64,000 bases of DNA from a virus. Under the pieces are notes generated by a model. It made no database searches. It saw only the letters and a program-made list of their open reading frames with translations, and was not told the origin of the DNA. Within the stretch, counting starts at the first letter, position 1. Each line of letters starts with the position of its first letter. The position numbers and the translations under genes were made by a program. The DNA is taken from IMG/VR virus record IMGVR_UViG_3300025127_000012; one strand, written 5' to 3'. Shown here piece by piece: positions 34,660 to 43,262 of this stretch.

Positions 34660-34909
34660 CGTTCCGAGATTTACTTGCGTCCTATCTGTAAAGGTTCGCA
34701 ATTTCTATCTTCAACTTTGGTAAAGAAGTAATCAATAAGATACTCCTTAGCATCACGATTAAGGTTACTATCTGTTAGAACCTCAATCCTGTTGGTGTTC
34801 CACTCTTCACATGTCATCTGCCAGTGGGCAGGGTAATGTTCTGAGAGGAGCGTCGCTGATAGTGCGATACCAATCATAAGATGAACTTATGTTACACATA
34901 AGATGAACG
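34660..34909 (-). ncRNA. Glutamine riboswitch-type aptamer 1 with ORF in P2 loop
   Basis: (C)GTTCATCTTAT...ATAGGACGCAAGTAAATCTCGGAACG. Confidence 0.75.
34671..34877 (-). CDS. Two-Cys small protein nested in aptamer 1
   Basis: Hydrophobic N-terminus; MTCEE...L...K.YLIDYF...C; stop codon inside aptamer 3' strand. Confidence 0.7.
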   Translation of the reverse strand: MIGIALSATLLSEHYPAHWQMTCEEWNTNRIEVLTDSNLNRDAKEYLIDYFFTKVEDRNCEPLQIGRK

Positions 34910-34916
34910 TAATGTT

Positions 34917-34976
34917 ATTATATCATAACAATACTATTTATGCGAATTAACATTCTCTTAATGTTACAATCGCTAC
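34917..34976 (-). promoter_or_regulatory. Extended -10 promoter (TGA-TATAAT) with upstream NtcA-like site
   Basis: TGnTATAAT 34917-25; predicted start ~34910 at aptamer 5' end; GTA-N8-AAC at 34963-76; CATAAATA late-like box between. Confidence 0.6.
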
Positions 34977-34991
34977 TATTTCTTCTTTCGT

Positions 34992-35111
34992 CTAGTCAGA
35001 CCACTCTTTTTCAAGTCTCTCTTCACCTTCTTCAAAAAAGATAAGTGGTCCCTGATACCAATTTTCGGGTCTATGACAGAGAGGATCAGTCTGTCGTTCT
35101 TCTTCTTCCAT
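34992..35111 (-). CDS. Small hypothetical protein (39 aa)
   Basis: MEEEERQTDPLCHRPENWYQGPL...; ATG 13 nt after nrdB stop. Confidence 0.4.
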   Translation of the reverse strand: MEEEERQTDPLCHRPENWYQGPLIFFEEGEERLEKEWSD

Positions 35112-35124
35112 TTGTCCAACAAGG

Positions 35125-36285
35125 TTAAAGTTTAAACCCTGCAAAAGTTTTTGCATCCACATCTTGCTTAATGCCTCCGACAACATAAGATTCGATTTCA
35201 GTTTCCTGGGGTGCGTTTTGTTGACCCTTACTATTTAGCCAGTGTTCTGTCCATGGTAATGGGTTATTTGATGCAGGGATATCGTATATTGGTTTGATAC
35301 CTAGTGCTTTCATACGTCTGTTTGCTATCCACTCGACGTACTGTGATAATAATCTTTCGTTTAGTCCTATGATACTACCTTGTGAGAACAGATAGTTCGC
35401 CCAGTCTTTCTCTTCATCGACTGCTGCTTTAAACATAGAGATAACATTCTCTTTCTCTTCTTCGTGGATTTCTTTCATGATAGGATCGTCTCCTTTCCTC
35501 CACTTGTACATTATCTTTTGAGTAAGTGCAAGATGCTGACTTTCGTCTCGTGCGATGAGAGAGATAATCTTAGCGGATCCTTCCATAAGTTTGAGTTCAC
35601 CAAATGCAAACGAGCAAGCGAACGAGACATAAAACCTGATACCTTCGAGGATGTTAACATTGGCAATAGCACGGTAAAGAGAACGTTTCATATCTTTCAT
35701 TGTCCAGTCAGTAGTCGGAGAACCTTTCCAGTCTTTCTTCCACATGTTACTTTCTGCCCATGCTCCTGCACGATCTAGAAATTCATCGTATGCTTTTGTT
35801 ACTGACTTTGCTCTTGCTATGATCTTTTCGTTGTCTAGTACAGTGTCTAAGACCTCAGCAGGATCTGGATATACATTCTTAATGATATGAGTATAAGAAC
35901 GAGAGTGGATTTGTTCCATGAATTGCCAGACACCCATGCAACCTTCCAACTCAGGAAGAGAACAGTAAGGAGTAAATGCCATCCCTGGTCCTCTACCTTG
36001 TACCGAATCCAATAGGATTTGATACTTCAAGTTACTTGTATATATGTGCTTTTGTTGTTCGTTTAGGGTTTTGTAATCCCCTCTGTCTTTTTGTAGTGAT
36101 ACTTCCTCTGGTCTCCAAAAGTATCCTAGTTGTGTCTGTGTCAACTTGTCGAAGTCTGGGTACTTAAAGTTGACATACTGTTGCATCCCTAGGGGTGCCC
36201 CAAAAAACATTGGTTGTGTTGTTGTGTTATTTTTCTTTGAATTAAAGACAGTGGTCCCCATTCTCGTCCTCGGTTCGGTGTGCAT
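35125..36285 (-). CDS. nrdB: Ribonucleotide reductase class Ia beta subunit
   Basis: FWRPEEV, LDSVQGR, E.IHSRSY, LEGIRFYVSFACSF, IARDE..H, APQETE..SY. Confidence 0.97.
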   Translation of the reverse strand: MHTEPRTRMGTTVFNSKKNNTTTQPMFFGAPLGMQQYVNFKYPDFDKLTQTQLGYFWRPEEVSLQKDRGDYKTLNEQQKHIYTSNLKYQILLDSVQGRGPGMAFTPYCSLPELEGCMGVWQFMEQIHSRSYTHIIKNVYPDPAEVLDTVLDNEKIIARAKSVTKAYDEFLDRAGAWAESNMWKKDWKGSPTTDWTMKDMKRSLYRAIANVNILEGIRFYVSFACSFAFGELKLMEGSAKIISLIARDESQHLALTQKIMYKWRKGDDPIMKEIHEEEKENVISMFKAAVDEEKDWANYLFSQGSIIGLNERLLSQYVEWIANRRMKALGIKPIYDIPASNNPLPWTEHWLNSKGQQNAPQETEIESYVVGGIKQDVDAKTFAGFKL

Positions 36286-36302
36286 TTATTGTTAATAATA
36301 TA

Positions 36303-38594
36303 TTAGACGTTGCACGCATCACACTCTGCTTCGTTGCCTGACATAATATCGTTTATCAAATTGTCAAGCACCTCAGTGTTGTCTGGTGTCTCTTCGTCTT
36401 TCTTGATGTCGTAGGTATTCTGATAGTAACTTGTTTTCCAACCATACTTATAGGTTGCAAGTAAGTCTCCTGCCATGACAGATACAGGTACCTTATTATC
36501 AGGGTAGTTTTCTGGATTGTATGACCAGTTACCAGAAATTGCTTGGTCAAAGAACTTCTGCATAACTGCAACTATTTTAATGTATCCTTCATTTGATTCC
36601 ATATCCCAGAGAAGAGTGTAGTTATTCCTGTAAGTATTGTACTGGGGTACAATTTGTTTGAGTGGTCCTTTTTTACTCTTCTTAACGGACAAGTAATCTC
36701 TTGGTGGTTCAATTCCGTTGGTAGCGTTAGACACAATGGAACTGCTCTCCGATGGCATCTGTGCGGACAATGTTGAGTGTCTAAGACCGAACTCTTTGAT
36801 GTCATCGCGTAGAGAATCCCAATCATAAGCAAGTGTATTTTCTACTATCTCGTCTACCTCCTTCTTATATGTATCAATAGGAAGTATTCCATCAGAATAC
36901 TTTGTGTGTTGGAAACCATCACATGCTCCACGCTCTTTTGCTAGGTTGTTTGATGCCTTCAAAAGGTTGTATTGGAATGCTTCTGTAAGGTCATGAACCA
37001 ACTGCCATGCACCCTTGTCAGCATAGTGTTCACCATTCTTAGCAAGGTAATGTGCTAGTCCTATGTAACCTATACCAAGTGAACGACGTGCTATTGTACT
37101 ACGCTCTGCTGCCTTGACTGGATAGTTCTGATAGTCTATCAGTTCTTCTAGTCCTCTGACTGCCAGATCACATAGTCCTTCTAGTTCTGTTAGTTTTCTT
37201 ATCTTACCTACATTGATAGCAGATAATATACACAATGCTATCTCTCCTCCTGCGTCATCTATATGACTGATAGGATCTGTCGGTAGAGTGATCTCTTGAC
37301 AGAGGTTACTCATGCTTACCTTATCTTTGAATGAACTATGAGTATTAACATGGTCAATGTTCATCAAGTATATACGTCCTGTCTCTGCTCTCTCTTTCAA
37401 TAGAGATAGTATCAGTTCTTGACCTCCGATTGTTGCTCGTGGGACGGACTTATCATCTTCGTAATAGCGATATAACTCATCAAACTTATCGGTCCCAAAA
37501 CTCTCAAACAAACCAGGACAATCATGAGGGGAAAAAAGCGAGACTTCTTTATTTTCGATAAACCTTTCATAAAATAGTTTGGATAGTTGGATACTGTAAT
37601 CAAGTTTTCTTACTCTATTATCTTCTGTTCCCTTATTGTTCTTTAATACTATTATGTCTTCTATTTCTCGGTGCCAGATGGGGAAGTGGACAGTCGCTGA
37701 TCCACCTCTAATGCCATTCTGAGTGCAACATCTGACAGTGCTTTCAAACTTTTTGAGGAACGGTACAACACCTGTGTGTTGCACTTCTCCACCCCTGATT
37801 TTACTGTTGACCGCACGGATTTTGCCTGCGTTGATACCAATTCCTGCCCTTTGAGCAACATAGTACCCAATAGCCATATCACTTGCAAAGATACTATCGA
37901 GGGTGTCATCAACATCAACAAGAACGCAGGAAGCAAACTGTCGAAGTGGAGTTCGCACCCCTCCCATGATAGGTGTGGGAATGTTGATTTTGTGCGTGCT
38001 GATCGCGTCGTAGTATCTTTGGACATAATCGAGTCTCTTTTCTTCTGGATATTTCTGGAATAATGTAGCAGAGATCAACATGTACATGAACTGAGGTGTC
38101 TCAAAGATAGCACCTGTACTTCTATCTTGTACTAGATATTTATCTACCACCTGTCTCATGCCTGCATAGGTAAACAGGTAATCTCTATTGTGATCTATGT
38201 ATGAGTCGAGGGATGCCCACTCGTCCTCACTGTATGCTCCTGCAAGGGCACTGTCATATATTCCCTGTGCGATTCCCTTGTCAAGATGTGATTTAATAGT
38301 AGGATGATTGTCGGGATGCCCCTTGTAGACTTCTTTCCTGACATCAAACAGTAATAATCTAGCAGCAACGAACTGATAGTTTGGAGCGTCTAATGAAATT
38401 AAATCATTAGCAGACTTAATTAGAATGTCTTGTATATCTTGTGTTCTAATACCATCGAAGAATTGTATATTAGAATTGATCTCAACTTGTGATTCGGATA
38501 CTCCTGCGAGTCCTTCACATGCATACTCAACCATCTTGTGTACCTTTTCTAGGTTGAGAGGAGTGGCAGTGCCATCCCTTTTAATTACGTTCAT
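36303..38594 (-). CDS. nrdA: Ribonucleotide reductase class Ia alpha subunit
   Basis: ATP cone, PTP, ASCVL, SNLCQEI, ALCIL, MPSESSS..SN.TNGIEP, KTSYY, C-terminal CDAC. Confidence 0.98.
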   Translation of the reverse strand: MNVIKRDGTATPLNLEKVHKMVEYACEGLAGVSESQVEINSNIQFFDGIRTQDIQDILIKSANDLISLDAPNYQFVAARLLLFDVRKEVYKGHPDNHPTIKSHLDKGIAQGIYDSALAGAYSEDEWASLDSYIDHNRDYLFTYAGMRQVVDKYLVQDRSTGAIFETPQFMYMLISATLFQKYPEEKRLDYVQRYYDAISTHKINIPTPIMGGVRTPLRQFASCVLVDVDDTLDSIFASDMAIGYYVAQRAGIGINAGKIRAVNSKIRGGEVQHTGVVPFLKKFESTVRCCTQNGIRGGSATVHFPIWHREIEDIIVLKNNKGTEDNRVRKLDYSIQLSKLFYERFIENKEVSLFSPHDCPGLFESFGTDKFDELYRYYEDDKSVPRATIGGQELILSLLKERAETGRIYLMNIDHVNTHSSFKDKVSMSNLCQEITLPTDPISHIDDAGGEIALCILSAINVGKIRKLTELEGLCDLAVRGLEELIDYQNYPVKAAERSTIARRSLGIGYIGLAHYLAKNGEHYADKGAWQLVHDLTEAFQYNLLKASNNLAKERGACDGFQHTKYSDGILPIDTYKKEVDEIVENTLAYDWDSLRDDIKEFGLRHSTLSAQMPSESSSIVSNATNGIEPPRDYLSVKKSKKGPLKQIVPQYNTYRNNYTLLWDMESNEGYIKIVAVMQKFFDQAISGNWSYNPENYPDNKVPVSVMAGDLLATYKYGWKTSYYQNTYDIKKDEETPDNTEVLDNLINDIMSGNEAECDACNV

Positions 38595-39580
38595 ACTTTT
38601 TTCCAGTCTGCTAATTTAAGTGTTGCCTCTAATCCAGAGAAAGTGTTGTGTTTAATAATAGCATAAGGATCATAACCTTGCAACACCATTTCATTGATGT
38701 CCTTTTCCTTTATGTCCTTATCCCAGATGACTACTTTGTCACCTCGTTTAATTGCGTCTGCAATTCTATCGACGATTTGTTTGCTTCTTGGTTCGTTGTC
38801 GAAGACCCATACTTTATCTCGAACATCAATGGACCGATGATCAACATCGCTGCCACACATAGCAAGAGCGTTGGGAATGAAAACGGAGTCGAAGGGTCCT
38901 TCTGTGACATAAACAGTCTCGTCTAAGTTTACTTTGTCTTGACCAAACACCTTGGGTTGGTCCTCAAACATTATAGTTATGTATCGTAGGTGGGGGTTTG
39001 CCTCCAAAGATCTACCCTGGATTCCAAACATAGTACCATCATGACGTAAGAGAGGGATAATAATTCTAGGTCTGTCATACTTTAAGTCAGTAAACGTTCT
39101 TGGTTTTTGTGTGTTCACCCACTCTTTAAACTTACTGACATAGTAGAAACGTGACAAGTCAGGTATCTTTCTACTTTGTAAATATACTTTCGCTGGATGC
39201 CCATTATTTAGTAAATCTACACTCGTCAAGTCTAACGTTTTCTTAGCAAAATAGGGAGTTGAGTCAGGGACTTCTAACTTCTTAGTTGTAGTTCCCTTTC
39301 CTGTTCTCCCTGTTCTATACTTTTCCATCTGGTACTCAGCATAGATCTCTGGTGCTATGTCTTTGAGGAAGTTAGGTGCTGTTCTACCTACACCACAGTT
39401 GTGGCATTTGTACACCATCCTCTGTTTAATCGCAAAGAAATACCCCCGCGCTTTATTGCGGTGCTTTTGACTGTCACCACAATAAGGACATCGGAAGTTG
39501 TATAGTCCGTCCCTTACCTTTTTAAATTTCTCTAAGCGATAAGATACTTTGTCGATGTAATGCTCATCAACTGCGCTCAT
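38591..39580 (-). CDS. gp61: DNA primase gp61
   Basis: NFRCPYCGDS..K.RG, CHNCG, TEGPFDS TOPRIM, DNEPR, KDINEM. Confidence 0.96.
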   Translation of the reverse strand: MSAVDEHYIDKVSYRLEKFKKVRDGLYNFRCPYCGDSQKHRNKARGYFFAIKQRMVYKCHNCGVGRTAPNFLKDIAPEIYAEYQMEKYRTGRTGKGTTTKKLEVPDSTPYFAKKTLDLTSVDLLNNGHPAKVYLQSRKIPDLSRFYYVSKFKEWVNTQKPRTFTDLKYDRPRIIIPLLRHDGTMFGIQGRSLEANPHLRYITIMFEDQPKVFGQDKVNLDETVYVTEGPFDSVFIPNALAMCGSDVDHRSIDVRDKVWVFDNEPRSKQIVDRIADAIKRGDKVVIWDKDIKEKDINEMVLQGYDPYAIIKHNTFSGLEATLKLADWKKV

Positions 39581-39965
39581 ATAAAGGTTGTACTTGCTCA
39601 GTTAGTGTAGCACTATTAGATTGAGTTTGCAACCCCTGTAATAATTTCTGACCTGGTGCTGATACGAGGAAGCATATAACAGATAGTGCTCCTGCTATTG
39701 ACCACATCTTCTTCTCCATCAACCTGAGTCTATCATCTACCTTTCTTATATCTCTCTCGCATCCTTTCTTTATAGCACTTGTCTCTCTATTAACATCAGC
39801 AGATAGTCTATCGATCTTCTCAAATAATACTTCGTCTATCTTATCTTGCTTATCTAACTTCTCATTATGCACAGCAAGAAGTTGACCCATCTTTACAGAG
39901 TTCTCCTGTAAGGTGTCAACGACTCGTTCGAGTCTTTCTATAATAGCACTGTTTATATCTGACAT
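39567..39965 (-). CDS. Coiled-coil protein with C-terminal TM helix
   Basis: LLAVHNEKL...RL..MEKKMW.IAG; usual neighbour of gp61. Confidence 0.75.
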   Translation of the reverse strand: MSDINSAIIERLERVVDTLQENSVKMGQLLAVHNEKLDKQDKIDEVLFEKIDRLSADVNRETSAIKKGCERDIRKVDDRLRLMEKKMWSIAGALSVICFLVSAPGQKLLQGLQTQSNSATLTEQVQPLYERS

Positions 39966-40357
39966 TATTTCAGAGACGCTTGTCTTTTGTCCCAGTAGAA
40001 TTTGATCACCTGATTAGGATATAACCTCTTGACTGAGAAATACTTTGCTTTCTCTGGACGAAATATCTTTCTTAGTTCTAGTCTGATTGCTTGCTCAGAC
40101 TTTCCATATAATATAAAGTCCATCGCTTCGTCCTTATAGGAAACACGGAAGGGCAATGCCATGGCAGTCTTTTGTTCTAGGTCTACACTTGCGTTAGAGA
40201 CCTCTTCCTTAACGTACTTTCTACGCTTAGGTTTCTTCTTAGTTAGTTTACTAACTCCCATCATAGAATCAAACCCTGCAACAGGTCCATTAGCAGCAGA
40301 GGATCCTGAGAATCCACCTGTGCCAGCACTCATTGTTGGGGCATCTTCATTAATCAT
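39965..40357 (-). CDS. Hypothetical protein (possible internal head protein)
   Basis: MINE|DAPTM..G.GGFSG...GPVAGFD. Confidence 0.7.
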   Translation of the reverse strand: MINEDAPTMSAGTGGFSGSSAANGPVAGFDSMMGVSKLTKKKPKRRKYVKEEVSNASVDLEQKTAMALPFRVSYKDEAMDFILYGKSEQAIRLELRKIFRPEKAKYFSVKRLYPNQVIKFYWDKRQASLK

Positions 40358-40719
40358 AGTGAGTCTAACTCTTTCTTAACATCATCATCGATAGGGACGT
40401 TGGCAATACTACCACCATCTTTATAACGATTGAGGTAGATAACAAATGTTTTGAGAACAGACCAATACTCACGTTCTAACTTGTACATGAGTAGTGGTAA
40501 CGTTCCTTCTCCAAACACATTGAACAACACTATCAAATGATTGAGGATCAAGTTCGTACGAAGCACACCTGTCTTGATGTACCTTTTAAGTAATCGTTTC
40601 AGATACTTAAACTTCTTCATGTCTTCCATGAAGTCGTCTATTGTAACTGAGTGTGGGTTTTCGTAATACTTGATTGCAAACATTAAATGATTCTTCTCAT
40701 TTAATTCATCAAATCTCAT
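40354..40719 (-). CDS. Conserved T4-like hypothetical protein
   Basis: FAIK.Y.NP...F.ED.K.FKY.KRL...LILNHLIVL.NVFG. Confidence 0.85.
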   Translation of the reverse strand: MRFDELNEKNHLMFAIKYYENPHSVTIDDFMEDMKKFKYLKRLLKRYIKTGVLRTNLILNHLIVLFNVFGEGTLPLLMYKLEREYWSVLKTFVIYLNRYKDGGSIANVPIDDDVKKELDSL

Positions 40720-40736
40720 AACATAAAACTTTTAGA

Positions 40737-41564
40737 TTAAGAACCGAAGGTTAGAGTAGCAGCACCGTCAGTGTACTTTGTCTCAGCACCTTTGCTTGTA
40801 TTTAACACACAACGATACTTGTATCCGTTAAGTGTTGTTCCTGCTAGTCCACTGTATGCAAGAGTTGCAGTAGTGAAGTTAGCATAGGTAATACCAGTGT
40901 CAAGTGAAGCACTAATATCTACCCAACGAGTAGTAGCACTTGCTGTCTGTCTCTGCCATTTGTAAACCTTAGTACCAGACTGATCAACTGTGAATGCAGC
41001 AACGAATGTTCCAGCACCACTAGATGAAGTAGAGTTAGCGGGTTGTGTACCAACTGTGATAGTTTCAAGTACGTCTGCTACTACTGTCTCGTCTGCTGCG
41101 TCACCTGATGTTCCTGCTGCCACTCTAAGTGATGCAAGTTTCTCTGCCTTATGACGCTCGGTACCATTATGTGTCTGGTATGTTCTATACAACCACCATC
41201 CAGGTCCGTCAATTCCTCTTGTTTTGTTAGATGCAATACCGTCTTCTGTGGTATCTACAAATACTAACTGGTAATTAGAGATACTATCTCCACCCTTGAT
41301 TACATACTCTGCAACCGCCTTTGGTGGTGTTCTCTTGATTACGTTTGCAGCAGTAACTGTTGCAGTTGACCCTGCGTAATTCTTGTGAAGTTCAATAGCA
41401 GTTGTGCTAGTGACTTGCTTTACAATATATGCAACGCTACTAATTTCTAGTACGTCACCTGGGACTACGCTATCAGCAGCATTCTTAGTAACAGTAGCGT
41501 CTCCATTGGTGACTCCTATGTTCTGTGTGAATGCAGCAGCGTCAATCTTACCATAGATCGCCAT
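40737..41564 (-). CDS. Virion structural protein with C-terminal Ig-like domain
   Basis: PGWW.Y.TY....G..RHKAE.L; TQPAN...Y.WQ...L.GYKYRC; late promoter upstream. Confidence 0.7.
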   Translation of the reverse strand: MAIYGKIDAAAFTQNIGVTNGDATVTKNAADSVVPGDVLEISSVAYIVKQVTSTTAIELHKNYAGSTATVTAANVIKRTPPKAVAEYVIKGGDSISNYQLVFVDTTEDGIASNKTRGIDGPGWWLYRTYQTHNGTERHKAEKLASLRVAAGTSGDAADETVVADVLETITVGTQPANSTSSSGAGTFVAAFTVDQSGTKVYKWQRQTASATTRWVDISASLDTGITYANFTTATLAYSGLAGTTLNGYKYRCVLNTSKGAETKYTDGAATLTFGS

Positions 41565-41598
41565 TCTTTACTCCAAGTACAATGTGTTTCCTATATTT

Positions 41599-41628
41599 TA
41601 TTTATAAAAAAAGGGAGGTTGCCCTCCC
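41599..41628 (-). promoter_or_regulatory. Terminator immediately followed by late promoter
   Basis: Minus GGGAGG-GCAA-CCTCCC-TTTTTT then TATAAATA (41599-41606). Confidence 0.8.
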
Positions 41629-41636
41629 TGATTATC

Positions 41637-41834
41637 TTATTCGCGGTTCTTGATCGCTTCTGCTACCGTCGCCAGTAACTTATCGTCAGCATCCGTCTTA
41701 GTTAGTTTTACTGCCTTTCCTAGTATAACTAGGCAGATGTCGATGAGTTTCTCACCGAGTTCAGCATCATCTGGTATTTTATCTACTGCGTCAGAGATGA
41801 TCTTTGAGGCAATAGGTAGTAGAAATCCGAACAT
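41637..41834 (-). CDS. Conserved cyanophage hypothetical protein
   Basis: LLPIA.KII..AV.KIPDD.ELGEKLI.ICL. Confidence 0.75.
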   Translation of the reverse strand: MFGFLLPIASKIISDAVDKIPDDAELGEKLIDICLVILGKAVKLTKTDADDKLLATVAEAIKNRE

Positions 41835-41865
41835 AATTAATTATTGTAGATCTACTCTATATATA

Positions 41866-42102
41866 CTACTTATCTGCGGTAAACTTTCGGTCCTTCATGT
41901 AACCCCACTTACCTTTATGCAGTGCTCGTATACCTCTCTTGTCTTTGACGACCTCTGTCTTTTTCTTAACGAAATCCTTGTAACCCTTCTTATCCTTTGC
42001 TGCTTGATGAGCATTTCTAGATTTAGTCAGAAGTTCATGCTTTACTCCTTTGCTCCATTGAGCACTATCTAATTCGTTAAGTTCCACGGTTTCATTTAAC
42101 AT
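41866..42102 (-). CDS. Basic hypothetical protein (possible internal head protein)
   Basis: LNE repeats then Lys-rich region. Confidence 0.65.
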   Translation of the reverse strand: MLNETVELNELDSAQWSKGVKHELLTKSRNAHQAAKDKKGYKDFVKKKTEVVKDKRGIRALHKGKWGYMKDRKFTADK

Positions 42103-42544
42103 TCATCCCTGCTTTCTTTCTATCATGGTCAGCAGTCATCTGCATCATCTTAGATTTCATTCTATCCTTGATAGCAGTCTTCTTAGCAGAGGTATCAACA
42201 GAAGCATACTCCTGTACAGTCTCTTCTTCTACTTCATGACCCTCTTCTGGTGTGTTGTCAACTGCACCTTCACCTTTGGGTTGTAGTTTCTTCTTACGAA
42301 GTTCGTCGAGCATAGACTCTTTCATTTTAATAATCTTAGATCTGACTTTACGTCTGTTCAATAGATACTTATCAGACTTATCATGGTCACCGTCATTGTC
42401 GATGTCCTTGTCTTCTTTACCTACTGGATCTAATTTCTTCTCGTCTAAATTCTTTTCCTGCATGAGGTCCTCCTTTTTGGGATTAATAGTCACACCGTTC
42501 TTCTTTACAGTGGTAGTGACTCGCTTGTCTTGGTCTGGTTTCAT
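42092..42544 (-). CDS. Charged hypothetical protein (possible internal head protein)
   Basis: LDE|KKLDPVGKED.DIDNDGD.DKSD.YL..RRK. Confidence 0.7.
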   Translation of the reverse strand: MKPDQDKRVTTTVKKNGVTINPKKEDLMQEKNLDEKKLDPVGKEDKDIDNDGDHDKSDKYLLNRRKVRSKIIKMKESMLDELRKKKLQPKGEGAVDNTPEEGHEVEEETVQEYASVDTSAKKTAIKDRMKSKMMQMTADHDRKKAGMNVK

Positions 42545-43242
42545 GATTCGATTCCTAGTTCATTGCGCCAAGAGTACTTTTCGACATTGAGTGTTTTAGG
42601 ATAGTCTTTGTCCCCTGGTTTTGCTGGTTTCTCACCACGCTTTCTCTTAGCATGGATATTATCCCACAAACCTTTCTTTTCGTCTAGGGGTTGTTCGTCT
42701 TCCTTAACACAATTTGGTACTTGCTTACCACCTTTTGTTTTGGTGCCCTTTGCTTTGTACCCATCCCAACATTTGCCTGCACCCACGTTCTTGCGTGCCT
42801 GCTTCAAACTCTCGACCATTTCGTTGTGTAGTGCATCTATATCTATGCCTTCTGTCACACCACCTGGTCTCTGTAAATTTAATCCTAGGTCTCTGGGTTC
42901 CTTAGCAGTCTTTTCTCCCTTCTTACCCATGATTTGATAGCGTCCGTCATTCTTCATACCTGTTATGACAAATGACTCTCCGCCCTGTGATATCACTCTA
43001 CCAATGTTACGATCCTTGTCGAACTTGATCTTGTTCTTGTCGATTAGTTTCTTTTCAACTGGGAATCCTGCATAACCCTCGACAATCTCCTCGTGATTCA
43101 TAATGATGTCAACGATTGCTCTGCCTGCGTCCTCTATACGCTTGGTCTTTGGATCTTCTCCTCCGTAAACGCAGTCTAGGATTTGTGTTTGCTCTTGCAA
43201 ACTGTACCCTAATAACACAGATCCTATCTTAATATCTAACAT
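42541..43242 (-). CDS. Modular hypothetical protein (possible internal head protein)
   Basis: CWDGYK..GTK.K.GK.VPNCV and GLWDNIHAKRKRGEK modules separated by L/V-x-E. Confidence 0.7.
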   Translation of the reverse strand: MLDIKIGSVLLGYSLQEQTQILDCVYGGEDPKTKRIEDAGRAIVDIIMNHEEIVEGYAGFPVEKKLIDKNKIKFDKDRNIGRVISQGGESFVITGMKNDGRYQIMGKKGEKTAKEPRDLGLNLQRPGGVTEGIDIDALHNEMVESLKQARKNVGAGKCWDGYKAKGTKTKGGKQVPNCVKEDEQPLDEKKGLWDNIHAKRKRGEKPAKPGDKDYPKTLNVEKYSWRNELGIES

Positions 43243-43262
43243 GGTTTGATAAAGTGGTATTA

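Noticed and set aside
34947-34970. HLR1-like half-sites upstream of the riboswitch operon (TTAACATT...GTTACAAT)
   Set aside because: Half-sites are 8 nt apart rather than 2; an NtcA-like reading fits better.
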